A stretch of 64,000 bases of DNA, taken from contig CAXNJO010000001.1 in assembly GCA_964202905.1 (NCBI GenBank), forward strand, positions 1-64,000, in the 5' to 3' direction. The position numbers and the translations under genes were made by a program. Origin of the DNA: Polyangiales bacterium. Its GTDB lineage: Bacteria; Myxococcota_A; Polyangia; Polyangiales; JADJQN01. Numbering within the stretch: the stretch's first letter is position 1; each line of letters opens with the position of its first letter. Shown piece after piece: positions 12,029-24,528 of the stretch. Under the pieces are notes generated by a model. That model was not told the origin of the DNA. It searched no databases and saw only the letters and a list, made by a program, of their open reading frames with translations.

Positions 12029-14430
12029 TCAGCGCGAACAGCCAGGCACCGTTGTCCAGGTCGCGCCACTCGTGAGAGTCGCGCTGTAGCCTGAACCGCT
12101 ACTGTCCGCTGCGATGGTCCCCGCGCCCTCCTCGAACCGCCAAAGAGCCGTCGTATTCGCGTCTGCGGTCAGAGGCACTGAGGGCCGGAGTGAATGCACG
12201 CTGAATACCGGACTACGTTAGAGATTCGCACATCATCGAGCTCGTCCTAACCATCCATACATGCCTGACCATCGGTATCCTGCGCGATCCGCATAGAAGC
12301 AGGCATGGTTGTGCTCGTCGGCGCCACAATCAGTCCCACTTCCTACCGACACACCATTCAAGCCACAGGGTGCCTTGGGAGGCATTGTGCGATCATAGGT
12401 ATAGGCCACGTGAAACCAACGTCCAATCAGGCGTCGAGGCTCGACGACTGCAACGCGAGGTCCCCCATCGCCTCCTGATTGGTACCAGTATGAGCTCTTC
12501 CTGAGTCGTACCACCGCAACCTGGTCCCTGGACGGCAAAGATCCATCCATCGGCCGACTCCCGACCCCCTCTTGGTCAGCCAAAGTATTGTTGCAGATAG
12601 GCTGCGAAATCCGTTGCATAAGCCCACATTTCGACGGTGAAGGACGTCGTTGAGAGTCGAAGCGGAGTTGCATCCGCCACCTGCGCATAACCACCCCGCG
12701 TCGGCGTCGACATGGCTCCGCACGCCTCACTCCCACACGCACTCGAGCACCCATCGCCGCTCATCATATTCCCGTCATCACACGTCTCGCCGCTGCCCAC
12801 GATGCCGTCACCGCAGCGGACGGCGCAGACACCGGTGTTGCAGCTCTGGCCACTTGCGCAGGGGATGCTCGTGAAGCCGAGTCCGTCGGCGGTGCAGGCC
12901 TGGCGGGCGGTGAGGAGGCCCGGGGTGCAGAGCGCGGTTGCGGCGCCCGGGGAGCACTCGCGCGGGGTGCAGGTGCCGGCGCCCGTGCAGGCGTAGCCGT
13001 CCGGGTCGGGGCCGGTGCAGGCGACGGACGAGGCGCCGAGGCCGTCGGCGTTGCAGAGCGCGCGGGTGTTGACGTCCGTGCAGCTGTAGGTGCCCGGCGT
13101 GCAGGTCCACGGCGCGCAGACGCCCGCGGTGCAGGTCTCGCGCGAGGCGCAGGCCGTCGCGGTGCGGGCGAGTCCGTCGGCGTTGCAGACGCTGCGCGTC
13201 GAGGCGGAGTCGCACGACGCGGTGCCCGGCGTGCAGATCCACGCGCCGCAGCGCCCCGTGCCGGGCGTGCAGCTCTGGCCCGAGGGGCAGCTCGTCGTCG
13301 CGGTGTAGTCGAGGCCCGTCGGCAGGCACTCGCGCGTCGACGACGCGCTCACGCACTGCGCGACGCCGGGCGAGCAGATGCGCAGTCCGCACGCGCCGGT
13401 CGATGGATTGCAGCTCTGCGTGTCGGCGCAGGGCGAGGACGTCCACGCGAGGCCGTCCGCGGCGCAGACCTCGCGCGCGGTGAGGCTGCCCATCACGCAG
13501 CGGCCCGTGCCCGGCGTGCAGATGCGGTCGAGGCAGGCGCCGCCGCTACACGACTGCGCGGGGCCGCACGGCGTCGCGGTGTAGGCCGCGCCGCGCGCGT
13601 CGCACTCCTCGCGCGCGCCCCCGGCCGAGCAGCGCAGGCTGCCCGGGACGCAGGCCTGCGCCATGCACGTACCCGCCGCGCAGTAGCGCCCGGCGCCGCA
13701 GGGCGTCTCCGTGCGCATCGTGCCCGTCGCGTCGCAGGAGAAGGCCACGAAATCACCCGTACAGCCCATCTCGCCGGCCGTGCACACCACCGCTGCACAC
13801 GATGCCGAAGTGCCACTCACGACGCAGCGTGAATCCGTCGCGCACGACTCCATCGCTTCCATCGTGCCGTCGGCGTTGCAGCGCAGGACGGTGCGGTTGT
13901 CGGCGCTGCACGCCTCTTCGCCCGCGTCGCAGACGATCGGGTCGATCGAGACGCACTCGAAGCGCACGCACTCGAAGCCACCGCTGCAATCGCGCGTCGT
14001 CTCGCACTCGCGCGCGGCGCACGCGCCCGTGTCCATGCGGCAGAACTCGTCGGCGTCGCAGGCGGCGTCTTCGCGGCAATAGAACGCGCATGCGTTCGCC
14101 GTGCACTGCTCGTTGCGGCCGCAGTCGGCGTCCGCGCTGCATTGCACGCAGTAGTCGAGCGTCGCGTCGCACACGCCGAGCGGCGCCGTGCAGTCGCCGT
14201 CGTTCGCGCAGGTCGTGCGGCAGAAGCTGTCGCGGCACACCTCGCCGCCGCCGCAGTCGCGGTTGCTGTCACAACGGTCCATCGAGAGCGCCGCATCGCG
14301 GCCGGCGTCGACGACACCCGCGTCGGGCGTCATCGCGGGCGCATCGTCACCGCACGCGGTGACGAGCGCGAGGAAGGCAGCAATTACCCCCCCGCCCCAC
14401 AAATCGCGAAATTACAAGGCTTTTTGGCAT
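12029..14430 (-). CDS. Cys-rich myxobacterial-type lipoprotein with myxococcal disulfide repeat (DUF4215-like) and frameshifted C-terminal LamG-like domain
   Basis: Lipobox ALVTA-CGDD; ~40-aa CTPG..C....CNADG repeats; CGDGIVGSGETCDDGNMMSGDGCSSAC; LamG pieces SFTVEMWAY, GRWFHVAYTYD and ADANTTALWRFEEGAGTIAADSSG lie in separate reading-frame segments, ending at TGA 12029. Start uncertain (14402 or 14430). Confidence 0.75.
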
Positions 14431-14640
14431 CTTTGGCATGGTCTGCGCTCCAGCGTCGAGGCGCACCGCGAAGTCGCGGCGCGCGGCATCGCGGGCGATG
14501 GTGCCGTCAACAGGGATGGGGATGCAATCGTGGTGCGCAGCGGTGTGCGGAAGCGCGCAGCCTCCCCCTCCCGCTGAGTTCGCCGCTCCGCGGGCCCACG
14601 AGACACGCGAAACAGCCAGCCGGCTGGCTGTCTCGACGCG

Positions 14641-15693
14641 CTATCCGTGCAGGCCGCGGCGGAGCGCGTCGATCGCGCGGGCGCGCTGCGTGTGCGCCGC
14701 GGGGATCACACCGGACATCGTGAAGAAGCCGTGCACGAGCGTGGGCGCCTCGACGCGCGTGACCGGGACGCCCGCGCTTTGCAGGCGATCGGCGTAGGCG
14801 GCGCCCTCGTCGCGGAGCGGATCGAAGCCCGCCGTGACCACGCAGGCGGGCGGGAGATCGGTGTGGCGCTCGGCGAAGAGCGGCGACGCGTGGGGATGCG
14901 GTGCGCTGGGCCGCGTCGGGCACGTAGTGATCGAGAAACCACGTCCATCGTGGCCGCGTCGAGGAAGGGGCCCGCGGCGTGCTCGCGGTGCGAGGGCAGC
15001 GCGCGGGTCATGTCGGTCGCGGGATAGACGAGCCACTGGAAGATGGGGCGCGGGCCGCCCTCGTCGCGCGCGCGGAGCGCGGTCACCGCCGCGAGGTTGC
15101 CGCCCGCGCTGTCCCCGCCGACCGCGACGCGCGTGAAGTCGCCGCCGAGCGAAGCGGCGTTCGCAGAGACCCAGCGGAATGCGGCGAGCGCGTCGTCCGC
15201 CGCAGCCGGGAAACCGATGCTCGGGCGCGAGTCGGTAATCGACCGAGACGACCACGCAGCGCGCCTCGACGGCGACGGTGCGACAGCCCGCGTCGTACAC
15301 GGCCGGACTGCCGACGACGAAGCCGCCGCCGTGGAAGAACACGAGCACGGGCAGCACGCCCATCGCAGCAGGCGGCGTGTAGATGCGCGCCGGGAGCGGA
15401 CCCGCGGCGCCGTCGATCATGCGCTCTTCGACGCGCACGCCGGGCGGTGGCGCGGCCTCGACGACGGCGACGCCGAGCGCGAGCTCCGCACGTGCGGCCG
15501 CGACGGAAATCTCCGAGTATCCGGGGCGCTGCGCGAGCTTCTGCAGGCGGGCGAGCAGCTGCGCGTGCGGGTCGAGCTCGGCGGCGAGGGCGTTGCGCTG
15601 CGGAGGACCTGCGAGCGCGCGCACGACGCTCGGGGGCAGCGAGAGCAGGGCGCGCACCGCGCGCGCCTGCGTGCGTTCGACGAAGGAGGCCAT
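14641..15693 (-). CDS. HSL-family alpha/beta hydrolase (esterase/lipase) with two compensating frameshifts
   Basis: HGGGF; GDSAGG in an alternate frame between ~15210 and ~14940; FDPLRDEG and HGF. Confidence 0.85.
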   Translation of the reverse strand: MASFVERTQARAVRALLSLPPSVVRALAGPPQRNALAAELDPHAQLLARLQKLAQRPGYSEISVAAARAELALGVAVVEAAPPPGVRVEERMIDGAAGPLPARIYTPPAAMGVLPVLVFFHGGGFVVGSPAVYDAGCRTVAVEARCVVVSVDYRLAPEHRFPGCGGRRARRIPLGLCERRFARRRLHARRGRRGQRGRQPRGGDRAPRARRGRPAPHLPVARLSRDRHDPRAALAPRARRGPLPRRGHDGRGFSITTCPTRPSAPHPHASPLFAERHTDLPPACVVTAGFDPLRDEGAAYADRLQSAGVPVTRVEAPTLVHGFFTMSGVIPAAHTQRARAIDALRRGLHG

Positions 15694-15759
15694 GGTGCGC
15701 GAGTATGCCTTCGCTGCGGCGCGTTGTTGTTGGGGAAGCGCGTGGGTCGCGGAGCGCGC

Positions 15760-16660
15760 TCAGCGGCGCGCGAGGCGCACGCGGCGGCGAATCACGACGG
15801 CCGTGAGGTTCAGCGAGAACGTCAGCGCGAGCAGCACGAGCACCGTGCCGTGCAGCGCGGGCTGCGCGGCGTCGACGTCGGGCGACTGCGTCGCGAGCAC
15901 GTAGACGTGGTGCCCGAGGTGCATGAACATGTCGCGCGCATCCGTCGGCAACCACGGCAGGTACGTCGCCGCGCCGATGAACATGATCGGTGCGACCTCG
16001 CCCGCACCGCGGCTCACCGCGAGGATGACGCCCGTGAGGATCCCGCCCGTCGCGTGCGGCAAGACCACGCGCGCGACCGTCTGCAGCCGCGTCGCGCCGA
16101 GCGCCGCGGAGGCCTCGCGCAGCTCCTTCGGCACGGCGCGGAGCGACTCCTCCGTCGCGACGATGACGACGGGCATCGTGAGCAGCGCGAGGGTGAGCGA
16201 CGACCAGAGGATCGCCGGCTTGCCCCACAGCGGCGCCGCGTTGCCGAGCGCGGCGTCGAGCCCGCGGCCCACGAAAAGCACGAAAAAACCGAGCCCGAAG
16301 AGCCCGAACACGATCGACGGGACGCCCGCGAGGCTCAGCACCGCGCCCCGCACCAGACCCGCGAGCCGCGAGCGCGGCGGCGCGTACTCGTGCAGGTACA
16401 CGGCCGTCGCGACACCGGCGGGCACCACGGCCACGGTCATGAGCAGCGTGAGCAGCACCGTGCCGTAGATCGCGGGGAAAATGCCGCCCGCAGAGACGTC
16501 GGTGCGCGGCGCGCTGCCGAGGAACTCGGGCGAGATCGTCGCCGCGCCGAACCACGCAATGCGCCCGACGAGCAGCGTCGAGCAGCGCGACGACGAACAG
16601 CGTCGCGAGGCCGGTCGCGGCGGCGAGCACGCGATCGCGTGGGGTCGGCGGGGACTGCAC
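15760..16660 (-). CDS. pstA: Phosphate ABC transporter permease PstA (frameshift near 16580)
   Basis: GGIFPAIYGT, LAGVPSIVFGLFG, REASAALGATRLQT, SRGAGEVAP. Confidence 0.85.
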
Positions 16661-16781
16661 GGCCCCGGCTGTGTAGCAGGCGCGCGCCCGCCCCGCGGGG
16701 CTGGCACACGATCGACACGCGACGCGGCGCCGACCTGCGCGCGAGGGCCCCGAGAGGCCCGGAATCCGGACTTTCGAGGGC

Positions 16782-17267
16782 CTACGTGCCCAGCAGGAGC
16801 CGCACGGAGCTCGCCCGCGCCTCCCGCGCGTCGGCCTCTTCTGCGGGCGTCCACGACATGTCCGCCTCGAGGCGGAACGCACCGCCCCACGGATCCGGCG
16901 GTGATCCGCCCCAGTCCTCCGGGGACAGCAGCGAGAAGTACGGCGAGCCGCTCGCGGGGCGGTAGAGGTTGTAGGTCTGGCCGACGCGCTTGCGGAACTG
17001 ACACATCGCGCGGTGCAGCTCAGCGTCGCGCTGCGTCGCGAGGAGCACGCCGCGGGCCTGCTCCTGCAGCGCGCGGATCTGGTCCGCGATGAGGGCGAGC
17101 TTGCCCGTCGCGACCGAGCCGAGCACGGCGTCCGCGCGCTGGATCTCGCGCGCGACGTCGACGAGGTCGTGCGCGGGCGCGAGCCGGCTCATCGGATACG
17201 GCGAGGTCCGCGCGGGCCCCTCGTGGCGGGCGCCGTCGTGACGCGTGCTCGGATCGTCGTGGCTCAT
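16782..17267 (-). CDS. DUF2452-like protein
   Basis: SPYPMSRLAP, KLALIADQIRALQEQA, YFSLLSPEDW, FRLEADMSWT. Confidence 0.7.
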   Translation of the reverse strand: MSHDDPSTRHDGARHEGPARTSPYPMSRLAPAHDLVDVAREIQRADAVLGSVATGKLALIADQIRALQEQARGVLLATQRDAELHRAMCQFRKRVGQTYNLYRPASGSPYFSLLSPEDWGGSPPDPWGGAFRLEADMSWTPAEEADAREARASSVRLLLGT

Positions 17268-17359
17268 GCGGAGCTCGTTCTAGGGGCAACGCGCCTTCGT
17301 TCAAGGCGCGCGTCGATCCCTGCCCCGCGCGCGGATCGGCTGCTACGTTGCCGGCCCCC

Positions 17360-19360
<2,001 letters not shown>

Positions 19361-19426
19361 GGCCGCGCCAGGGTCTCCAGCCCCAGAACCTTTACCCGGC
19401 GCCCGGATGCGTCTATCTAACGGCGT

Positions 19427-20605
19427 ATGCGCACGACCGTATCCCGCGTCCTCGTCCTGCTCGCCCTCGCCGGTTCCCTCGTTCTCCCCGCGGCGCTCGG
19501 CGCCTGCGGCTCGAAGTCCGAGCCCGCGCCCGCGGCACTTTCGGCGCCCGCCGCGCCTGCCCCGGAGCCGCTCGTCGCGCTCACGCCCCCGACGAACCTC
19601 GACGCCGCGAAGGTCGCGCTCGGCCGCAAGCTCTTCCACGACCGCATCCTCTCGGGCGACGGCACGCTGAGCTGCGCGACCTGCCACTCCCTCGAGATGG
19701 GCGGCGCCGAGCACCGCGCGACCTCCGAGGGCATCCGCGGACAGGTGGGCCCGATCAACTCGCCGACGGTGCTCAACGCGGCGCTGAATTTCGTTCAATT
19801 CTGGGACGGCCGCGCGCGGACCCTCGAGGAGCAGGCCGCCGGCCCCATCGGGAACCCCGGCGAGATGGGGTCGAGCATCGAGGCCGCGCTCACGGCGTTG
19901 AAGGCGCGCCCCGACTACGTGCAGGCCTTCGCCGCGTCGTATCCGGAGGGCATCACGCAAACGAGCCTCACGCACGCGATCGCGGAGTACGAGCGCTCGC
20001 TCATCACGCCCTCGCCCTTCGATCGCTTCCTCCGCGGTGAGCAGGGCGCGATCAGCGAGCAGGCGCGGCGCGGCTACGACACGTTCAAGTCGGTCGGCTG
20101 CCCCGCGTGCCACACGGGCCAGAACGTCGGCGGCACGATGTACCAGAAGATGGGCCTCGTGCGGAACTACTTCCAACTCCGCGGCACGCCGCTCACCGAG
20201 GCCGACAACGGCCGCTTCAACGTCACGCATCAGGAGAGCGACCGGCACATGTTCAAGGTGCCGACGCTCCGCAACGTCGCCCTCACCGCGCCCTACTTCC
20301 ACGACGGCTCGCGCCAGACGCTCGCGGAGGCCGTGAAGATCATGGGCCAGGTGCAGCTCGGCCGGGAGCTCACGGACGCGCAGGTCGCGGACATCGTCGC
20401 GTTCCTCGGGTCGCTCACCGGCGAGATCCCCGCGGCCTCGCGCCCGACGCCCGAAGAGCTCGCGCCCGCCGCGCCCGCGGCCCCGAACGGCGAAGGCTCG
20501 ATCTTGCAGGGCGAGCACACCGGCGGCGCGCGCAGCGCCAACGATCATGCCGGCCCGCGCTGGCCGGGTCTCGGCCTCGCGGGCATGGGCACCGCGGGCT
20601 CGTGA
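19427..20605 (+). CDS. Di-heme cytochrome c peroxidase (CcP/MauG family), lipoprotein
   Basis: Lipobox LGA-C; CATCH and CPACH; QFWDGRA; FKVPTLRNVALTAPYFHDG. Confidence 0.9.
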   Translation: MRTTVSRVLVLLALAGSLVLPAALGACGSKSEPAPAALSAPAAPAPEPLVALTPPTNLDAAKVALGRKLFHDRILSGDGTLSCATCHSLEMGGAEHRATSEGIRGQVGPINSPTVLNAALNFVQFWDGRARTLEEQAAGPIGNPGEMGSSIEAALTALKARPDYVQAFAASYPEGITQTSLTHAIAEYERSLITPSPFDRFLRGEQGAISEQARRGYDTFKSVGCPACHTGQNVGGTMYQKMGLVRNYFQLRGTPLTEADNGRFNVTHQESDRHMFKVPTLRNVALTAPYFHDGSRQTLAEAVKIMGQVQLGRELTDAQVADIVAFLGSLTGEIPAASRPTPEELAPAAPAAPNGEGSILQGEHTGGARSANDHAGPRWPGLGLAGMGTAGS

Positions 20606-20650
20606 CGCGACGCGCCCCCGGCGCGCGTTGCTAGACTCGCCGGCACCCCC

Positions 20651-22489
20651 ATGCGCAGCGAGCCGGTCCAGACGCATCTCCGCTGCAATCAGGCCTGCAC
20701 CTACTGCACCGCGCGCAGCGCGAAGGACGACGCCGCGTGGGTGCAGGCGCCAGCGGTCGCGCAGCGGATGGCCGCAGCGATCGCCCGCGGCGCGAGGGAG
20801 ATCGTGCTCAGCGGCGGCGAACCGACGATGCGCCGTGATCTCGCCGGGCTCGTTCGCGAGGCGCGGCATGCCGGCGCGGAGCGCGTCACGCTCGAGACGA
20901 ACGCGACGCTGATCGACGACGCGCGCGCGGCGGAGCTCGTGTCCGCGGGACTCGACCGCGCGCTCGTGAATCTCGCGGGCGCCGGCCCGTGGCTCGACGC
21001 GGTGACGCGCGACGCGGGCGGCTTCGAGGCGACGCTGCGCGGCCTCGATGCGCTGATCGCTGCGGGGCTGCGCGTCGACGTGCAGGCCGCGCTCGTGCGC
21101 TCGACCGCGGCGCGCCTGCCGGAACTCCCGTCGTGGCTGCGGCGGCGCTTCGGCAGCGGCGTGCGGACGCTCTTCCTCGTCGTGCCGGTGCGCGCGCCGG
21201 ACGCGCGCGAGCTGCTCGACTTCGATACGGCGGGCGGCGTGATCCGCGACGTCGAGGCGCGGGCCCGCGCGGCGGCGCTGCCGCTGAAGCTCGCGCCGGG
21301 CAGCGGACCGCCACCGTGCGTGCACGGGCAGGAGCCGCGCGTCGCGCACCTCTACGCGATGACGCCGGGCGCGGCGCTGCGCGAAGACCACGTGCACCTC
21401 GCGCCGTGCGAGGGCTGCGCGGTGCGCGATCGCTGTGCCGGCGTCGCGCGCGAGGTCGTGCAGCGCTTCGGGGCGCCGCAGATGACGCCCGTGGCGACCG
21501 ACCGCGCGCGGCGCCGCCTCTCGCTGATCGCCACCGTCGAGGAGCAGGTCGCGCGCGAGCTGGTGCAGCCGAGCCGCTACCACGACGCGCGCCGCGGCGT
21601 GATCGACGAGGACCTCATCCGCGTGGTCTTCCAGTGCAACCAGGCGTGCCGTTTCTGCTTCGTCTCGACGCACCTGCCCGGCGCCGACGACGCGACGATC
21701 GAGGCCGCGATCCGCACGGCCGCCGAGCGCGGCCACAAGATCAACCTCACGGGTGGCGAGCCGACGCTGCACCCGGGGCTCGCGGGGTTCGTGCGGCTCG
21801 CGAAGTCCTTGTCGACGCTGCCGGTGGTGCTGCAGACCAACGCGGTCCGCCTCGCCGACGCGGCGCGCACGCACGAGCTCGCCGAGGCCGGACTCGACGA
21901 GGTCTTCGTGTCGTTGCACGGCGCGAGCGCGGCCGTCTCCGACGCCGTCACGGGCGCGCCGGGCACGTTCGAGAAGACCGTCCTCGGCATCGACCAGCTC
22001 GTCGCAACTGGGTTGCACGTACAACTGAACTTCGTGATCTGTCAGGCGAACCTGCACGAGCTGCCGGCGTGGGTCGCGCTGCTCGCGGAGCGCTGGCCGC
22101 GCGCGTTCGCGAACATCTCGTTCGTCGCGCCCTCGACCGACGTCGTGCCGCGCGAGCGCGCGCTCGTGCCGCCCTACACGGACGTCCTCCCCATGCTCGC
22201 GGAGGCCGTCGCGCAGGCCGAGGCGCGCGGGCTCGAGCTCGGCGGCTTCGAGTCGATGTGCGGGGTGCCGCTCTGTCTGGTGCCGCGCGCGCTCGATCGC
22301 TACTTCGCGCTCGGCGAGCTCGATGCCGGCGTCGACGCGGGAGAGTTCGTGAAACCGCCCGCATGCACCGCCTGCGCGTTGTCGAGCCGCTGCCACGGGG
22401 TCCGCCGCGGCTACGTCGCGCTGCACGGCGACGGCGAGCTCGCGCCGGTCGACTCGCTTGACCCACGACGGTCCGCTCCCTTAGGCTGA
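20651..22489 (+). CDS. Tandem double radical SAM protein (HxsC-like C-terminal Cys motifs)
   Basis: CNQACTYC with SGGEPT and CNQACRFC with TGGEPT; each half ends in CxxCx5CxG (CEGCAVRDRCAG, CTACALSSRCHG). Confidence 0.9.
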   Translation: MRSEPVQTHLRCNQACTYCTARSAKDDAAWVQAPAVAQRMAAAIARGAREIVLSGGEPTMRRDLAGLVREARHAGAERVTLETNATLIDDARAAELVSAGLDRALVNLAGAGPWLDAVTRDAGGFEATLRGLDALIAAGLRVDVQAALVRSTAARLPELPSWLRRRFGSGVRTLFLVVPVRAPDARELLDFDTAGGVIRDVEARARAAALPLKLAPGSGPPPCVHGQEPRVAHLYAMTPGAALREDHVHLAPCEGCAVRDRCAGVAREVVQRFGAPQMTPVATDRARRRLSLIATVEEQVARELVQPSRYHDARRGVIDEDLIRVVFQCNQACRFCFVSTHLPGADDATIEAAIRTAAERGHKINLTGGEPTLHPGLAGFVRLAKSLSTLPVVLQTNAVRLADAARTHELAEAGLDEVFVSLHGASAAVSDAVTGAPGTFEKTVLGIDQLVATGLHVQLNFVICQANLHELPAWVALLAERWPRAFANISFVAPSTDVVPRERALVPPYTDVLPMLAEAVAQAEARGLELGGFESMCGVPLCLVPRALDRYFALGELDAGVDAGEFVKPPACTACALSSRCHGVRRGYVALHGDGELAPVDSLDPRRSAPLG

Positions 22490-22527
22490 CTTGCTGCGCG
22501 CCCGGCGGCCGCACACGAGGAGAGCGC

Positions 22528-23088
22528 ATGTCGACCGAGAAGAACCGAGACGCAGGAGCAGGCGCGAGCGGGATGGTGAGCACCTCGCGGCGGGTTTTCC
22601 TGGCCGCAGCCGGGGCGGCGTCGTGCGTCGTGTTCACGGGAGGCGTCGCGCGCGCGCTCGCCCCGCAGTCCGAGGGCGTTCGCCGCCAGCGCGTCGGGGC
22701 GAAGCCCGCCACGGCCCTGCACGCGCTCACCGCGGCGCTGCCGGTCGGCACGCCGCTGCACACCGCCACCGTCGCGGCCGTGAACCCGGTGAAGTTCGGC
22801 GCCGTCGCCGTCCTGATGCGGCGCCCCGACGGCAGCGCCTTCCAGCTCGATGTGCTCCAGCGCGCCGAGCACGACGGGTCGATCGCGCAGTCGGCGCGTT
22901 GCAGCGTGTTCGCCGTCAACGGCGGCACGGGCAGCTCGGCGACGGCCGAGCCCGATGGGCTCTCGGCGATGGCGCTCGCCCAGGCGCTCGTCGCCGCGGA
23001 GGTCGCGGGGGTCTCGGCCCTGCCGCTGCTCACGCACGCGGAGCGCGCGCGGCGTCACCCGATGGGCTCGTACCGCGTTCACGGCTGA
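22528..23088 (+). CDS. Hypothetical Tat-exported protein
   Basis: RBS gaggag; SRRVFLAAAGAA...ARA twin-arginine signal. Confidence 0.7.
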   Translation: MSTEKNRDAGAGASGMVSTSRRVFLAAAGAASCVVFTGGVARALAPQSEGVRRQRVGAKPATALHALTAALPVGTPLHTATVAAVNPVKFGAVAVLMRRPDGSAFQLDVLQRAEHDGSIAQSARCSVFAVNGGTGSSATAEPDGLSAMALAQALVAAEVAGVSALPLLTHAERARRHPMGSYRVHG

Positions 23089-23181
23089 GCAGCGCGCCCT
23101 CGGCCGGGCAGCGCGTTCACGGCCGACCACAGCGTTCAAGACTGAGCACCGCGCCAGCGTGTCGCGTACGGGGCCGCGGAC

Positions 23182-24525
23182 TCAGCGCGGGGGCCGCGGA
23201 GCGCGGCGCGGCCGCTCGTCGACGAGGGGCAGGAGCCCCTTGCGACCGTCGAGGAACAGCGTGCCGTCGTCGCCGCGCTGTACGGCAGCGACGACCCGCT
23301 CGAGGAGCCCGCGCACCTGCTCGCGCGACGGATCGCCTTCGAGCCCCGCGTAGAAGAGATTGAACGAGCGGGTGCGCGCGAGCGCCTGCTTCGCGGGGTC
23401 ACGCGCCTCGAGCACGACGTCGAGCCGTGCACCCGCGCCAAGCTCGAAGCCGTAGCGGACCTGCGTACGCGAGACCTGCACACCCGCGAGTCGAGCCTCC
23501 GCGTCCTCGACGCCCGCGAGCAGACGCCCCCAGACCCCGTGTCGATCGCGCGCCGGGTCCCCGTCGTCGACGGTCGCCTGCTCCGCCGGCGCATCGCGCT
23601 CCTTCCACGGCGTGACGCGCGGCTCGGGGCGGAGGCGTGTCTCCTCCCAGCCGAAGCGATCGATGTACGCGTGCGAGAGACCGAGACAGGAGTCGGAGTG
23701 CTCGCACACCGCCTCGAACAAACAGGAGAACTTCGGGAAGGCATCCCAGAACGACTCGACGATGATCACATCGGGTTGCGCGTTGTCGACGAGCGCGGCG
23801 CGCGTCCCGAGCAGACAGTGAGGCACGTATTTGACGAGCGCCGCGACGCCGAGTGCGTCGGCGCGGTCGAGCGCGGCGAGCAGCGCGGGCGCGACCTCGG
23901 ACACGGGGGCGAGCAGCGCATTCGCCTCGGCATGGTCGGCCATCGGCAGATAGCCCCAGAGCTCCGCGCTCGTGACGCCGTGCGCGGCCGCGAGCTCCAT
24001 GATCGCCGCCAGCTCCTGCACGTTGAGCGCCGTGATCACCGTATTGGAGAGGAGCGTGAAGCCGAGAGCGCGCGCGTTGTCGAGACCGCGGACCAGCTCG
24101 TCGAAACTCCCCGGTCGTTGCGTGATTCCGTCGTGCGTGCGGGCGTCGGCGCCATGGACGGAGACGAAGAGTTCGTCGACCCCCGCCTCGCGAAGCGCAC
24201 GGGCGTACGCGGCGTCGGCGAGACGGCGGCCATTCGTCTGGACACGGACGTGGGCGAAAGACTCGGATTCGCGGGCGACGCGCACGAAGTCGAAGAGACT
24301 CTTCTCGAGCGTGACTTCGCCCCCGGTGAAGAGGACACGCTCGTATTTGCGGCTCACCCGATTTTCGGCGGCGGTCGCGCGAAAGCGCTCGAGCGGTACG
24401 CCCCGATATCGGTTCATCCCCTCTTGGACGATGCAGAAACGACAAGCACTGTTGCAGTGGAAATCCACAGTCACCGCGAGGTCACGGAAACGGGTCGGAT
24501 GAAACGCGCCGCGGGTCGTCTCCAT
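23182..24525 (-). CDS. Radical SAM protein with C-terminal extension
   Basis: CNSACRFC, FTGGEVT, VQTNGR, VPHCLL, CLFEAVCEHSDSCLG. Confidence 0.9.
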   Translation of the reverse strand: METTRGAFHPTRFRDLAVTVDFHCNSACRFCIVQEGMNRYRGVPLERFRATAAENRVSRKYERVLFTGGEVTLEKSLFDFVRVARESESFAHVRVQTNGRRLADAAYARALREAGVDELFVSVHGADARTHDGITQRPGSFDELVRGLDNARALGFTLLSNTVITALNVQELAAIMELAAAHGVTSAELWGYLPMADHAEANALLAPVSEVAPALLAALDRADALGVAALVKYVPHCLLGTRAALVDNAQPDVIIVESFWDAFPKFSCLFEAVCEHSDSCLGLSHAYIDRFGWEETRLRPEPRVTPWKERDAPAEQATVDDGDPARDRHGVWGRLLAGVEDAEARLAGVQVSRTQVRYGFELGAGARLDVVLEARDPAKQALARTRSFNLFYAGLEGDPSREQVRGLLERVVAAVQRGDDGTLFLDGRKGLLPLVDERPRRAPRPPR

Positions 24526-24528
24526 CGC

